Below are positions 34,401-47,000 of a stretch of DNA of 64,000 bases, in pieces. The notes below the pieces were generated by a model. The model was not told the origin of the DNA. It saw nothing but the letters and a program-made list of their open reading frames with translations, and did not search any database. This DNA is from Klebsormidium nitens (lineage: Eukaryota > Plantae > Klebsormidiophyceae): positions 1-64,000 of the forward strand of contig DF237381.1 in NCBI GenBank assembly GCA_000708835.1, in the 5' to 3' direction. Within the stretch, counting starts at the first letter, position 1; each line of letters begins with the position of its first letter. The position numbers were made by a program, and so were the translations under genes.

Positions 34401-36243
34401 CCTCTTGCAGTGGGTTTAAACGCCTACCTCTCGGTTTACGGCCCTGGCAACATTAACGACACCTTCAGCCTGGAAGCGAATCAGGGTTTCCTGCGAAACG
34501 TGGTCGAGATAAACAAGGTCAACGGCCTGCAGAAGTACGAGGAGGGCGCATTCTTCCTCCCGGTTTCGGTGCTGTCCGCGTTCAAGGTGCAGAAGATCAG
34601 CCGCATCTTCCAGGTGCATTCGGCGCGGTCGCTAAGAACCTTCGCCAAGGGAAGCAAGCCGGTAAGGAGTTGAATAGTAACTCGGCTTCTTGTATCAGAC
34701 CTGCCGTTACGTTACCGTTACAAGTTTCTTGGTTTCGGTGCTGTCCGCGTTCAAGCTTGAGAAGATGAGCCGCATCTTCCAGGTGCATTCGGTGCGGTTG
34801 TTGCGGGCCTTTGCCGAGGAGTGAGGAGACGGGTGGTAGTTGAGTTTTTCACTTCAGTCTTGCCGTCACTTTGTTGCTGTCCAAGCTTCCCAGTCGTTAC
34901 CACCTTTCGCCAAGGGAGGCAAGCCGGCAAGGTAACCGGTCGTGAACGAGCTGTCTGATACAGACTTGCCGTTACTGTACTGTTCAACTTTTTCAAACGC
35001 TGCGAGCCTTTCGCCAAGGCAGGCAACCCGGCAAGGGACCCGGGAACCTTCTAGAAACCGAGGTTTTCTAGTTTTAGCTATTTAGGCTAGCTTCAACTTT
35101 ACCGGTTTATTGAAGATCTTTCACTACCAGCCTTGGACCAGCGGAACTTGTTCTCGAAAGAGGTGCTCGAACCGCAGTTGACTCCAGACAGGGAGAAATT
35201 AATCGTGCGGTCAGGAAGAGATCTGTCTGGAGAGTGGTTGGAGATCGATGCAGCCAGACGTGCAATCAACCGTTGAACATAAAAACCCAAACGGGTTGAC
35301 CAATTTCATTCTCCCTTGTTGGAGTGCTGCCGAAAGCCGCCCTAAGTCAGGTTGAACACGTGTCCTGAAAAGCCTCACGGTTGCGATGGTCTTTCCCACG
35401 TTCTGCAGAAGCTTATTGGGCTCACCGGCGTCGACGGTTCGACCACCGCGCCGCTGCCCAACCTAGTTAGGGCTTTTGCAGCTGCATCTGAAATTGTTAC
35501 CACCTCTTTGCAGATCATCAAGTTCACCGGCGTCGACGGCTCGACCAAAGCGCCCCTGCCCAACCTAGTTACAAAGATTGCATCCTTGAATTACTGCGGG
35601 CGGGCTTATCTAAGAAGTTGAAGTTATTGCTGTCTGCAGATTATCAAGTTCACCGGCGTTGACGTCTCGACCAACGCGCCGCTGCCCAGCCTAGTTCCCG
35701 GCCTCCTCCGACTGCATTTGAAATCGTTACCACCTCCTTGCAGATCATCCCGGCGTCGACGGCTCCACCAACGCGCCCCTGCCCAACCTAGTTATGAAGG
35801 TGCCCATATTTAATAAACCTGGGCGAATCTTTAAAGACCGTTATTGCTGTCCGCAGATCATCAGATTCACCGGCGTCGACGGCTCGACTAACGCGCCTCT
35901 GCCCAACCTAGTTCCCGGCCTCATCCGGCTGCACGGCGTCGCGGCCGCGGACGCGGACGACTTCGAAGCCGCGGCCGCGTCGATCAGCATCAGTTTCGAC
36001 GAAGTTAAGTACACCGAGATCAACCAGGTCGGGGTTATCCTGCTGCTCGTGGGGATCATCCCGGTGTATCTAGGCATGGCGGCGAAACTGTGGGCGTGGG
36101 TCTTCGCGCCGTTTCCCAAGCCGGGCCCTGCTCCAAGCCAGCACTTTTTGGGGTACCTCCGGAAAGCCCCCGAGGAGCCGAAGAAGGACGAGGAAGCGGT
36201 GCCGGCGGGGGACGAGATGACGGAACAGTTTATGAAGAAGTAA
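31447..36243 (+). CDS. Unknown ~385-aa membrane protein with two TM helices and a large loop (possible DEG/ENaC/P2X-like topology)
   Basis: Phase-consistent exons 31447-31569, 32384-32617, 33047-33209, 34411-34661, 35857-36243. TM1 WALSIPLSLVLTTAVGLGTAFFIIA; TM2 VGVILLLVGIIPVYLGMAAKLWAWVF; charged C-terminal tail. The gene model is solid; the function is speculative. Confidence 0.75.
33972..34244. mobile_element. 273-bp TG...CA element with tRNA-like core (solo LTR of a tRNA-bearing TRIM, or a TGT-ended MITE)
   Basis: 5-bp TSD TGAAC (33967-33971 / 34245-34249). Ends TGTTAGAAGTATT...AATACTTCTAACA form a 13-bp inverted repeat. Removing the element restores GGGTTTGAACGCCTACCTCTC, a copy of the exon start at 34411. 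Confidence 0.85.
34013..34095 (+). pseudogene. tRNA-derived segment (type II, Leu/Ser-like) inside the 273-bp element; not a functional tRNA
   Basis: A-box-like TGGCCCGAGTGG (34020-34031), variable-arm hairpin CGG-TGA-CCG, perfect T-arm CTGGG-TTCGATT-CCCAG (34071-34087). The anticodon and acceptor stems do not pair. Confidence 0.65.
35395..35856 (+). repeat. Four copies of acceptor + 5' edge of the last exon of the 2-TM gene
   Basis: CAG|AT[CT]ATC....TCACCGGCGT.GACGG.TCGACC...GCGCC.CTGCCCAACCTAGTT-like copies at about 35409, 35514, 35640 and 35744; the true exon starts at 35857. Confidence 0.92.
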
Positions 36244-38096
36244 GAGGAGCTGCGCAGTCGTTGGTCTGCCGTTCAGAACATAACGGAGAGTGTTGGAAAC
36301 GTTACGTTGCTATGGTGCTATGTTGCTATGTTGTTGAAAGCAAGTCGACGCGTCTTCAAGGAGGTTTCCGGCAGGTAGTACTAGGGAAAAGAGAGGTGAT
36401 GAAGCGGTGAAGGCAGCTCACGGGCCGCTGATTTGGGTAGGCTCCGCTGCTGCCTTCGTTGGAGAGTTTCCTGAAAATCAATATTCTCGCAAGGAGAAGG
36501 CTAAAGACAGGAACATTCCTCGGAGATGAAGACCCGTTAACGGAGCCGATATGAAGGACTTGGATCAGTTGAAGACCCTGCAGTCCCGCTTTTTAGCTGT
36601 AGATATAAGCTCGCTCGCAACCCGTTGCGTCGTAGATATTGCGTGGGGACCGCTTACTTATTAGGGGCATCAGGTGGGTATAGTCACCTGAAAAAGTTGC
36701 ACGGCGGTCAACCCGCTAGGAGGAACAGATTGGCACAACCGCTAGAAAAATATTTGACCAGTCGGAAGCAGTGACACCAGCGGAGAAGTTCAAAAGAGCA
36801 GCGCCGGCGCGCAATGCAGAGTAGAAAGAACTTAGCAGAAGGCATTTGAGCAAGAACGAGGAAAAAGGTCGGAACCGGTTTCGCGGTTACTAGACGAGCT
36901 CGAGACAGCCTTCTTGGATTGAACATCAAATGAGCCTGCTTAGAACTCTCAAACGACAGTTGCGGTTTCAGGTCAGGGTACCATACGAGTGCCTCAGAGG
37001 GGCCGCAGTCAGACTCTCTCAGTTGGACACCGTAACTTATTGCCCCAGCGGCGCATGTGGAGGTCGATCTTCAGATTCCGACTTGAAATACAATCGCGGC
37101 CACGACTCGGAGTGGCGGAAGGATCGACTCTGCATCGCTACTCCATGATCTGTACATCTTAATTTCATACCACATGCAATAACCAGTCAACCCAAGCAGC
37201 ATGGAGATGTGCAGGTGTGCGACTCTGGCGAACATGCGGTTCACTCTTGGCTGATTGTATGATGCGTGAATTTTGAGATGGCCGTGGTCAAGCTGACCCG
37301 GCATCATCAAATTCTACCATGGCCGGCCGCGCAGCACGGCCCGACCCGGGGGCCCGCGGGCCCGCGATCAATCAGAGTCACGCATTCACTTTTGCGGCAA
37401 CTTGCTAACTTGCTCAGACAATATGGTCACCATATATGCCCCACGCAACGCCGGCCCTACATTAGTCTGTCGGACGGTACATTAGTTCTAGATGCATGAA
37501 AGCTGACACATGACGGTCTGAGACTGACTCACACTGAAAAGTCGGGAACCATGATCATTCTGAGTCCGATCCCACTCCGGCTCTGGCCGGGCGGCCAGCC
37601 TGGTGGACCCGTATATACGTGCCGACAGCAGGGTAGATGTGCAACTGAGTATATTGTACTAAGAACTAATGATCGATTGCAAAGTGGTCGAGCGGATCCG
37701 ATTCTCGAGGCAGGCTCAGCCCGCGCGCTCGATAGCGCGGTTGGCGGGCTTTATCTTTAAGTGACGAACTATAGTTAGTTATGGCCTACTAGCCAGGTTG
37801 CAATCATCATGCACAGTACGGTACCCAATTATAGCTAAAGTGGGCTGCAATGATGGCTATATGCCATCTCATGGAAGGTACATATACGTGTCCGCGTCCA
37901 CTCAGTGTTCTGTCGTAAGAAGGAGGCCGAGAGCTCATGATGAGCTCTGGCATGAATTGCCGTGGAACAAAGCAAAAGCCTTCGATCAGAAATGTGTACT
38001 AAGTTAAGGTTTGGCATCCGATCTACAATACACTCATATACTACAAATAGTAAGTTGCACAAAGCAAACATATTGCAATCGGTTCAACGTCTCCGA

Positions 38097-41000
38097 TCAG
38101 TCCTTCTTCTCCGTATCCCCAACCAGTGCTCCCGCTTGCAACCCCCGTGACCCCAGCCCTAAGCTCCTCAGCCCCTCTTCCACAACCGAGTTAGCGCCAG
38201 CAATGTTACTATCCCGTACCCGGGCTATCCGTTTCGTGATCTCGGGCAGCTCTTTTCTCCGCCCCAACAACAGACCCCGCCCGGGGGTTCGACCCGGGGG
38301 CGGGTCCTCTTTGGGCTTCTCTTCGCCGCTCATAAAAGTCGCCTTCTCCGCTTCGGCGGCGAGCGCAACCATGGTCTCTTTCTCTCGCTCCGTTTGGGCT
38401 TCTTTCATCTGTTCGCGGATCGCCTCGTACTTAATCATCAGGTCTTGCCGCCTGGAGATGCAAAAGCAAAGACGTGATCTTTGCTGGAACTGACCAATCA
38501 AAGCACCATAGACCGGATAATCAGGCCAAGAAACATAAAGATTAAGGCTAACACAAAGACTCAACAGGAAGATAACATGTGATGCAACTCTTAAGGCTCA
38601 ATCAATGAGCAGCCGCACTACGAAGAGTTCAGCTCTAAGGCAAATTTGATTCCCAAAAAGGCCCTTGCAAATATAGTTGGAGGAAGGAAAGCCTGACAAC
38701 AGAGAAAACATATGTCTACGAAGAAGAAATCTGGACAGTTGTGCAACACCTTCAACTAATACATTCAGGCCATCTTGAAAACAGGATCCATACAGTCTCA
38801 TGCGATTACGAGGATTGAGCCCTAGCGTCAGGAGGAAAGCTGATCGGCCGTGCTTGGAGGACGACAGGAAGAAATAGCAACAGGAACCACAGAAACCTTG
38901 AAGTTCTGTATCGATAACCTGAGCATCTCAGATGTGATTTCCTTACACTCTCGCGATATCCTTACACTCTCGCAATACAACAATCAGAAAGAGAGTTCGT
39001 GATTTGCACTGGCTTACTTGGTGGTGAAGGACGACGGGAAGAAGTCTGGGAAGTAGCGCTGGATGAAGGAGAAGACGAGCACGTGGCCCACGGGGGTGAT
39101 GGGGATGATGAGGATGATGGTGAACGGAATGAGCACCAAGATGTCCTTGGTCGTACGCCGCAGCGTTTGCACCTGGGAGAAAGAGAACGATGACGTCAGC
39201 AGAACGCCAGCACTAGATGAAGGAGAAGACCAAAACATGGCTCGCGTGGGTGATGGGGATGATAAGGATGATCGTGAAGCGAATGAGCACCAAAATGTCC
39301 TTGGTCGTGCGCCGCAGCGTTTGCACCTGGCAGGACAGAATGACGTCAGCAGGGCGTCAGCAACACCCTACTCGAGGAGAAGACGGGGAACGGGCCCATG
39401 GGAGTGATGGGGATGATACCGATGATCGTGAACCAGATCAGGACCACAATGTCCTTGGTCGTGCGCCGCAGCATTTGCTCCTGGCGTCAGCAGAACGTCA
39501 GGTGAGGATCTTTTTTGCAGATCCCCCGCTGGTTTTGACAGGGTTGCGAACATGGGATTGATCTTGCTTTGTTGGCACTCGTTGGGATGCTGAGAATGAT
39601 CAAGGACGGAAACAGCGTCTGCAACTGGCGAGAGAGACGGATGACGTCCGCAAAGCGTCAGCTGGGGTCTACTCGGTTAGCATTTGCCCGCTGGCACTGC
39701 TGCTGGTTAAGTTGCGACTGCGTCACTTTCACGTTATCAGCGGCTTCACGGAAGCCAGAGCGTTGCACCTAATGGGAGGTGCATGACGTCAGCTCATGGA
39801 AAAACGAAGGGACGGAACTGACGAGGATGGCGAGAAGAAGGAGGGGTTGGTGCCTTACTCGGAAGACGAAGGTGAAGAAAGTCGCAAGGAGAGGAGGCGG
39901 AAGAGGAAGAAGGGGCGACGGGGAGTCGTCCTCGGAAGAGGAGGGTCGCTCTAGGAGGAAGCATCGGAAGCGGCATGGGGTTGGAGTTGACGCAAATGGA
40001 GTAGGAGAAGAGCGAATTGCGGTCGTGGTTGGAGCTTGGCAACGAATGGACTCTGTCGGTGGCGGCTTACCTCTCTTGACTTGAGGGTGGTCCCTGTGAC
40101 GGCGACCCAGAAGAGCTTGCCCGCATATGACAGGTCGCCCGCCAACAGCCGCAGCCCCCGCCAGTAGAAGGACGCCCCCTCCTTCAACTGCAACAGCACA
40201 TCCCGGTCAGAACGGGAGCGGACAAGGAAATCTAGCATCGAAAACGACTCGATCGTAATCCCCGCCCGGGCCCTTAAGAGACAAGCCTTGAGAGGCAGGA
40301 GCGACAGTTCAAGCGGGAAATCACAGGGAATGAACGAACAAGACGGAGTTGATGATCTCAGAAAGTCATTCCTGACGTCAACCGAGACGGTTGTCCTTTG
40401 CAATACTCAACGGAGCACCTCACGTAAAACACAAGCAAAGCCAAGCCACTTCTTTGTGGGCACCGGGGCAGACCGAGACCTTGTCTCCAACGGTCGTCCC
40501 ACTTGCTGCTCGAGCGGAGTCTCCGCTTCACTATAAGCAATGTTCAGGTGGGTAAACGACTCCACTATGCGTCTGAAGAAACACAGGTATGGCCAGAGCA
40601 TTCTGACCACAGTGACAGGACAGCTGACAGAACGGTAGGAGGGTGTACAGGTAGTCCCGGCGGCCTCCCTAGGGACCTCCTTCCATTGTAACCCCTTCGA
40701 TCGACGGTCTTAATCATGACTCTGATAACCCAGGACGTCGATCCTAGGGGGTAATAGCTAGGAGCGGTCTTACATCGGCTCGGGAGTCCAAGTTCTCCAT
40801 TCTTTCGTTCTGACAGACATCTTTTTTCAAGTATTGTATTGCATCATGACGTTCAAATCAGGCAAAAGACAGAAACGCTTCGGGAAAGCACCTTCAAAGT
40901 GTTCTCCTTGTACGCGATGCCAATCCGCTGCTTGAGCGGTATCTTCGCTTCCTCCACAATGCCCAACCGATTCTTCAACTCCGGAACATCCTCTGCCAAC

Positions 41001-44000
41001 ACCGACAGCTCCTCATCTTGGATCAGATCTGCCTCGTTCCGGTCCACCGCAGCGCGCAGCCGCGCAAGCTCGCCGTCCAAAAGTCCGAACTCGGCGACAA
41101 GCAGGCTCTCGTCTTCGTCCGTTCTGATGTCCTCTGTAAAGAAACAATTCAGCTCTTTTGAGATCTGCAGCTCTTTCCAGTTCTAGGGTCTGAAAATCAA
41201 GACCGAGTGTGGTAAGATTCTTTGCTTCATTGCGATCTACCGCCGCGCGTAGCCGTGCTAGCTCGCCATCGAGAAGGACGAACTCGGCAACAAGCAGGCT
41301 CTCATCCTCATCAATTCTGATGTCCTCTGCAAAGGAAAAAAATTGCTCAACAATATGTCTAAGGTGTTTCTGGAGCATCTGGAAACGGTCTGCCTCGCTG
41401 CGATCTACGGCGGTGTGCAGCCACGCTAACCCGCCGACTAGGAGTCCAAATTCGGCGGCCGGCAGACTCTCGTCGTCGTCCGTTCCTATGTCCTCTGCAA
41501 AACCGGACAATCGGTGCATTGAACTCCAAGTCCAAGGTTTGAAAGACGAGAGTATCAGAATCTCTGCTTCGTTCCGGTCCACCGCCGCGCGCAGCCGTGA
41601 TAGCTCGCCATCGAGTTAGCCGAACTCGGCGACAAGCAAACTCTCGTCCTCATCCGTTCTGATGTCCTCTGCAGAGAAGGATTTGTCGACAAATTGTTGA
41701 ATCGAATAGGGTATTTCTGGAGCATCTGAAAAGATCTGCCTCGTTCCGGTCCTCCGCCGCGCGCAGCCGTACTAGCTCGCCAGCGAGCAAGCAGAACTCG
41801 GCGACAAGCAAGCTCTCGTCCTCATCCGTTTTTGATGTCCTCTGCGAGAAAAGGATTCGGCGGTTAGTAATTAACAAGTAATCAACAGGTTTCATAAGAA
41901 AGAGATCAGACCCTCCTCAATCCACTCAACCACTGCGAACAGCCCTCCTAGCTCGCTGACGAGGAGGCCGAACTCGGCGACAAGAAGTCTTCCGTCCATT
42001 CCTGTATGAACGTACTCTTGGTTAGAACAAGGTTGTGCTAAGGATGAACGAGCAGTGGGGACAAACTCTAAGTTATAAATGAGCGGGTCTCGGGAGTTGC
42101 CCCGAAAGTAGCGCCAACACCCTAAAAAGCGTGTCCAGAAGGCAACGGGCTCTCGTGCGATCCCGCCCCAAACTTGTCGCCTCAAACAACGGTGTACAAC
42201 CTTTCCGGTGTGCACTATTTCCAACCCAAACGGCTGGGTAATGTAAACGGAGCCAGTTGACCCTGATCGGTGACAGAATATAATGAACGAGAAAACTTTG
42301 CAAAGCATCTGTTGCTCAGATATTGCACGAATGAAGACAGGGGTTTGTCAACCGCTCACCGGTGATCTGAATGACCTCCTCCTCTAAGCACGCATAGATT
42401 AGTTCCATCTCCAATTGTAGCGTCCGCACCGCCAGCTTCTTGCGCAGCTCGTTTACCTGCCAAGGAATGAAAATAGTGTGAATCGCCACAAGAAGCCAGC
42501 TTCTTCAGCAGTTCTCTCTGCGTGCTGGTTGTTCTTCAGCATCTCTCGTTGTCAATTCGTTCCGGTTTGTCGAAAGTAAAAAGAAAGAGACGGTGTCAAA
42601 GTCCGGCAACTCGACTCTAACACGAGTTCATCGAGAAAAGCTGCAAGGGAAACTAGAAAAGCTGAAAGGCAAGCTAGAAACGTCGGCTCAGCCAATCTAT
42701 CAAACGTGGACAACACCATAGTCTGCTGATGGAACACCAAACCTAGGAAGAATAGCTCCTGAATATTGGATTCCTCATCCAAAGGGTCGTGCGGGATTGG
42801 GCTGAGGAAGAACACACCTCGTCGTCCAACGGCCTAACTAGCCTGATTTTAAAGCCATCTCTAGCCCTAACTCACTGAAAATCCATCAGCTTATGAATTC
42901 CTGCTTTGACGCGAAGACCTTGCAGCGCCCATCAAATGCGGAAAGCAATCTGAACCATCCAATTGAGACAATGTAGCAGACGGTGCAAAGCATGTCTTCC
43001 GGCCTTAGAGTCGCGCTTTGTGACCCTGAACGCACCTCGTCGTCTAGCGCCCTGATCTCGTTTGCCAGCCTCGCCCGCGCCAGCACGTTCTTCTGTCGCA
43101 ACCGTGATTCACGCTCCCTGCTCGCCTCCCGCAACCGCTTGTCCAGCTTTTCTACCTGGCCAAGGAAGCTGATAATGAACATGGTTTCATCACCTTTGAC
43201 TTTTCCATCCTTGTCACCATCTCGCATTCAGCAGCTCTAAGAAAGCCTCTCTAATAAGTCAGCTCTGCGTAAGCTTCTTTAACAAGGCAAAGTAGAAGCA
43301 TTCATAGAACTGCCTGAAAATGTTGGAAAGATTGCCGAGATAAAAGTATTAAGACTGATGTGGAGGTGTCAAGATCCGTTACAACAAACAGTTGATGACA
43401 AGATTCAGAACAAACAAGTGCGGGATAGGACGCAAGGGATTTTACTACCCCCGCAACTCGTCACAGAAAGATCGTACTTACCTCTAAGATGAGGTCCCGT
43501 TTCCGGTGCTCGATCTCATCGCGCGATGACGGTATTGGCCGTGGAAGCCCCTCTGCCAGATTGTCCTCTCCGACCGGCCGCGTCGTCGGCCGCCCATTGA
43601 GGCGTTGCCAGACGTTGCCCAATTGGCCAACGAAACTGATGGATACCTGCAACGAACAGTTCAATGATTCAAAATCTTCTCTGCGCTGTCCTCCACATCT
43701 CTGATCGCTGCAAAGGCCGGTCTTTGATCGTTTACAATCCTAGACCGCACCCGAAAAGTAAAGATAAACTTTACCGTCTGATGAAATTGCAAGTGCGTAC
43801 TTTGACACCTTACAAGTGCCAAGGACAGTACGAACTCGGGACGGAAACACTCTGGAAGCTGTCCACTAATGACGTAATCCTTTCAGAGTCCCTGGATCTC
43901 TGCAAAGAATCCAATCACGAGGCAAGCATAGACAATCGCCCATCGCTTTGCCACTGGTGTGGTATGCAGCGAGTATAAACACGTAAGTACATTGAAATCC

Positions 44001-47000
44001 GTGACGGTCAACGAACATAGATCGATATCCTTTTCTTGTAAACGTTGTGAAGTAAGCATTCATGAACTGTTGCCCATATCGATATCATTCTCAAATCGTT
44101 GCAGACTTACGCTGGGGATCTTGGCAAGGTCGGCTTGGGAGAAGCGCAGCCGGCCGTCCTTGGTCTTGACCACCAGGTTCAGGTCCACGGTGCTGAGCCG
44201 GTCCAGGAACCGGTTGAGCACCGCGCTCGTGTCTGGAAGGCTCCGGCCGAGCCCCTTCTTGGACTGCTGCGCGAGAAAGCAAGAGGGATAAGACACTGCG
44301 CTCGTGTCGGGAAGGATTCCACCCAGCCCCTTCTTGGACTCAAGGAAGAGAGTATTGTGAGACATGGAACACTGCACTCGTGTCGGTAAGGGTCCGGCCG
44401 AGCCCCTTTCTGGACGGAAGGGCGAAAAAAGTGAGGGACTGAGAACGGTTCCCCAAAAGACATAGAAAGTGGCCATCGAGTTTCCTCACTGCTCGAGGCA
44501 TGGTTCCTAGTAACGCCCCGCCCCTTGTCGGACTGGAGGGCGAGAAAAAGCGAGAGACCAAAAACAGCTCCCCAAAGGCATACAGCTGTTCGCATCAAAA
44601 GGGCCATCGAGTTCCCAATTCTCGAAGTATGCTTCCTAAATTCGGACTCTACAACGTCTAGCCCCTTCTTGGACTGGAGGGCAAGAAAAAGCGAGACACT
44701 AAAACGGTTCCCCAAAAGATACAGCTGTTCCCATCAAAGTGGACATTGAGGTTTCCAATGGTTTCTGATCCTGGACTATCTGGTTAGACATTTGAAAGGG
44801 AGCGGACGCTCAAGATGGTGAACCATAACCGAAAGTTGAAACCTGGAGTGGCAAGTTTGCCGCATAACAGCTGCAAAGTTTCCGTCGTCTCAGGTCGAAT
44901 GTCCTACACAGCGGAGATAGCATGGTCATTATGACGGAAAAGCTTCTTGGTATCGAAGCAATTGAAAGGTGCAAAGAAAATGCTCTTCGACAAGCTTAAC
45001 AGGCGCTGCAGTGGTTGAAATATCCAGAATCAGAAGAAGGAGCAACAATTGATCTGCAATAACGCTGTCTTAAGAGAGGCAGAGAGAGACTCAATTGTTC
45101 CATAAAACACGGTAAACACAGCCGGATATAGCACACGACCACGCAGTTCTACAAAAACGAAAGGATTGCCAGCAGGAATTTTGAATTGGAAACAATGTGT
45201 AAGGTATCGGCCGCACCTCTTCCTCGTCTTTCTTTTGCCAGGCAGCCTCTTCCTCTCGAGCCCGCAACTTTTCCTCTGGAGTCAGGCTATCCTTGACCTT
45301 CTCGGCCTGCTTCTCCAGCCTGCTGACCACTTTTGACACCGTGTCGCAGATGATGCCCTCCGCAGTTGTGTTGTCCTGAAGCAAGCGTCATACAATAATT
45401 AGTCTTACAAGACACTGTATCCTCTTGTCAAAGCAAGAATGCTTCACAATCTTAAAGAGGGCGTCTAACCACGTGGTACCGCGGCGGCCACTAAAAAAAT
45501 AGTCTGCTCTCATGTCGCCGAAAATTCATTCCCGTGGTACAAATTTGGCGACCGAACTGTGGGCAGACGAACTATCTGGTCGGCGAGGCGTTACGGGTCA
45601 CAAGACATGCCCTTCAACTCGTTGGGGCGAAACAAGCCCCGATAGAGGGCTTAAATTTATTGAGTGTAAGTCAGAAACTGTTCTGAGAGCCTCAAGATTC
45701 TCAACTTAAACGATGGTTCGTGATCCGTTGGATCTGATTAAAGGCCAAAATATTCTAGTCTTTGGTTCGTATGCCATGACTTCCAGCGGCGCATTCTGGC
45801 AGCCTGGATCGCATATCGTAAACCTGTCAATTTGGATTGTTGGACTCCTGAACAAAGAAGAAAAGCTCTGCCCTTGTTAATCCTCAAGGATCCCACAGGT
45901 GTTCCTTTAGATTCCCCACTGTGCTCTTCGGTAACCTAACACGGTAAGATTGCATTTGCCTGTACCCCTTACAGCAGTTTTTACGCGGATATCATTATAA
46001 CTCTTGAAAGGCTTCTTCGAATCCATTTTGCGGCCATCTTTGCAGGACAATCGGTTTGCCTCATAGCATTTATTTTCTGTAGCCATTTTGGAAGATCAAA
46101 GTGCCTGATGTATATAAATTCAACCGAGAAATTCGAGTTTATGCCACCACAATCACTTTAATTCACGACCATTTATTGCAACAATGGGAGATGAACCACA
46201 AGGATATACTCACCGGGAAAACAACAGGGAGGAGCCCATTCACACCACGGAGATCCCTCTGCAGCGCTATCCCCAGCTCACGAATGTCCTCTCCATAGTC
46301 CAGGATCTCAAGGGGACTCAGGGACCAGTCCTCCCCCTGAATGAAAAAAGTCGACTTTGGTAAGTCACCAGGTAAGCAGTCTATCAAAAAGTCTTTGGGA
46401 TTCAGGGGGCAAACGGTATGCACACAATATGTATTCCAAGTGACTCATAAGTTTGGTCACACAAACGCAGCTTAATCGTGAAGTTTGCTTAGGAGCGGAC
46501 AGATAGTCTCGCTATGGTGAAAGAGTATGCGTTGCCAAACTAAGGTGTTGGTTGGGAACAGATTTGTCTAATGTGCCTATTATGCAGCAGCTCGCCAAGT
46601 AACCCCACTTTTCAATCATTGTCGAGATGAGGGCTTTGCACATGATGCTTTTACTTCTGCTATGTTCCATACGCGGCTTAGTAACTGACTTTCTGCCGAC
46701 CGGCAGCCATTGAAAGCCCCCATTCCAAGTAAACTCCCAATTAGATCACAGTTGCATCCACTCGTAACTTTTTACCTACAATTGAGCTATGATAAGCAAG
46801 CAAAGGTAAACCGCAATGCCTGAGCAACTCAGGACTTAGACCGTCGGTAACTGCACACAATGAAAGATGCGCCAACCAAATGCATGCAAACCACAAAACT
46901 GCTGCTCCAGCATCCTGGTATGAGCAACCTAGGAGCCATCAATACAGAACAAGTAGAAAGCAACGAATCAAATGGTCCAGGAGTGTAGATCATATTGACT

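Larger units (their letters stand above)
33560..35040 (+). repeat. Acceptor echoes upstream and donor echoes downstream of exon 34411-34661
   Basis: Upstream copies near 33575, 33765 and 33961-34345; downstream copies near 34730, 34900 and 35005. Confidence 0.85.

Noticed and set aside
35395-35860. Repeat-spacer-like arrays (also 41.1-42.0, 51.9-52.3, 62.9-63.4 kb) resembling CRISPR
   Set aside because: The repeats are degenerate copies of exon edges with splice signals, the 'spacers' are related to each other, the genome is eukaryotic, and no cas genes are present.
37720-37795. GC hairpin followed by CTAG, like a Helitron 3' end
   Set aside because: The CTAG is about 38 nt from the hairpin and no matching 5' TC end or second copy was found.
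40503-40572. Possible extra LETM1-like exon
   Set aside because: Its phase is incompatible with the upstream exon; direct splicing (KENTLK|LKEGASFY) is in frame and reads naturally.
41013-41582. 189-aa ORF with an internal peptide repeat
   Set aside because: Read-through of two echoes that then shifts out of frame at the true exon. It is evidence for the echo findings, not a separate gene.
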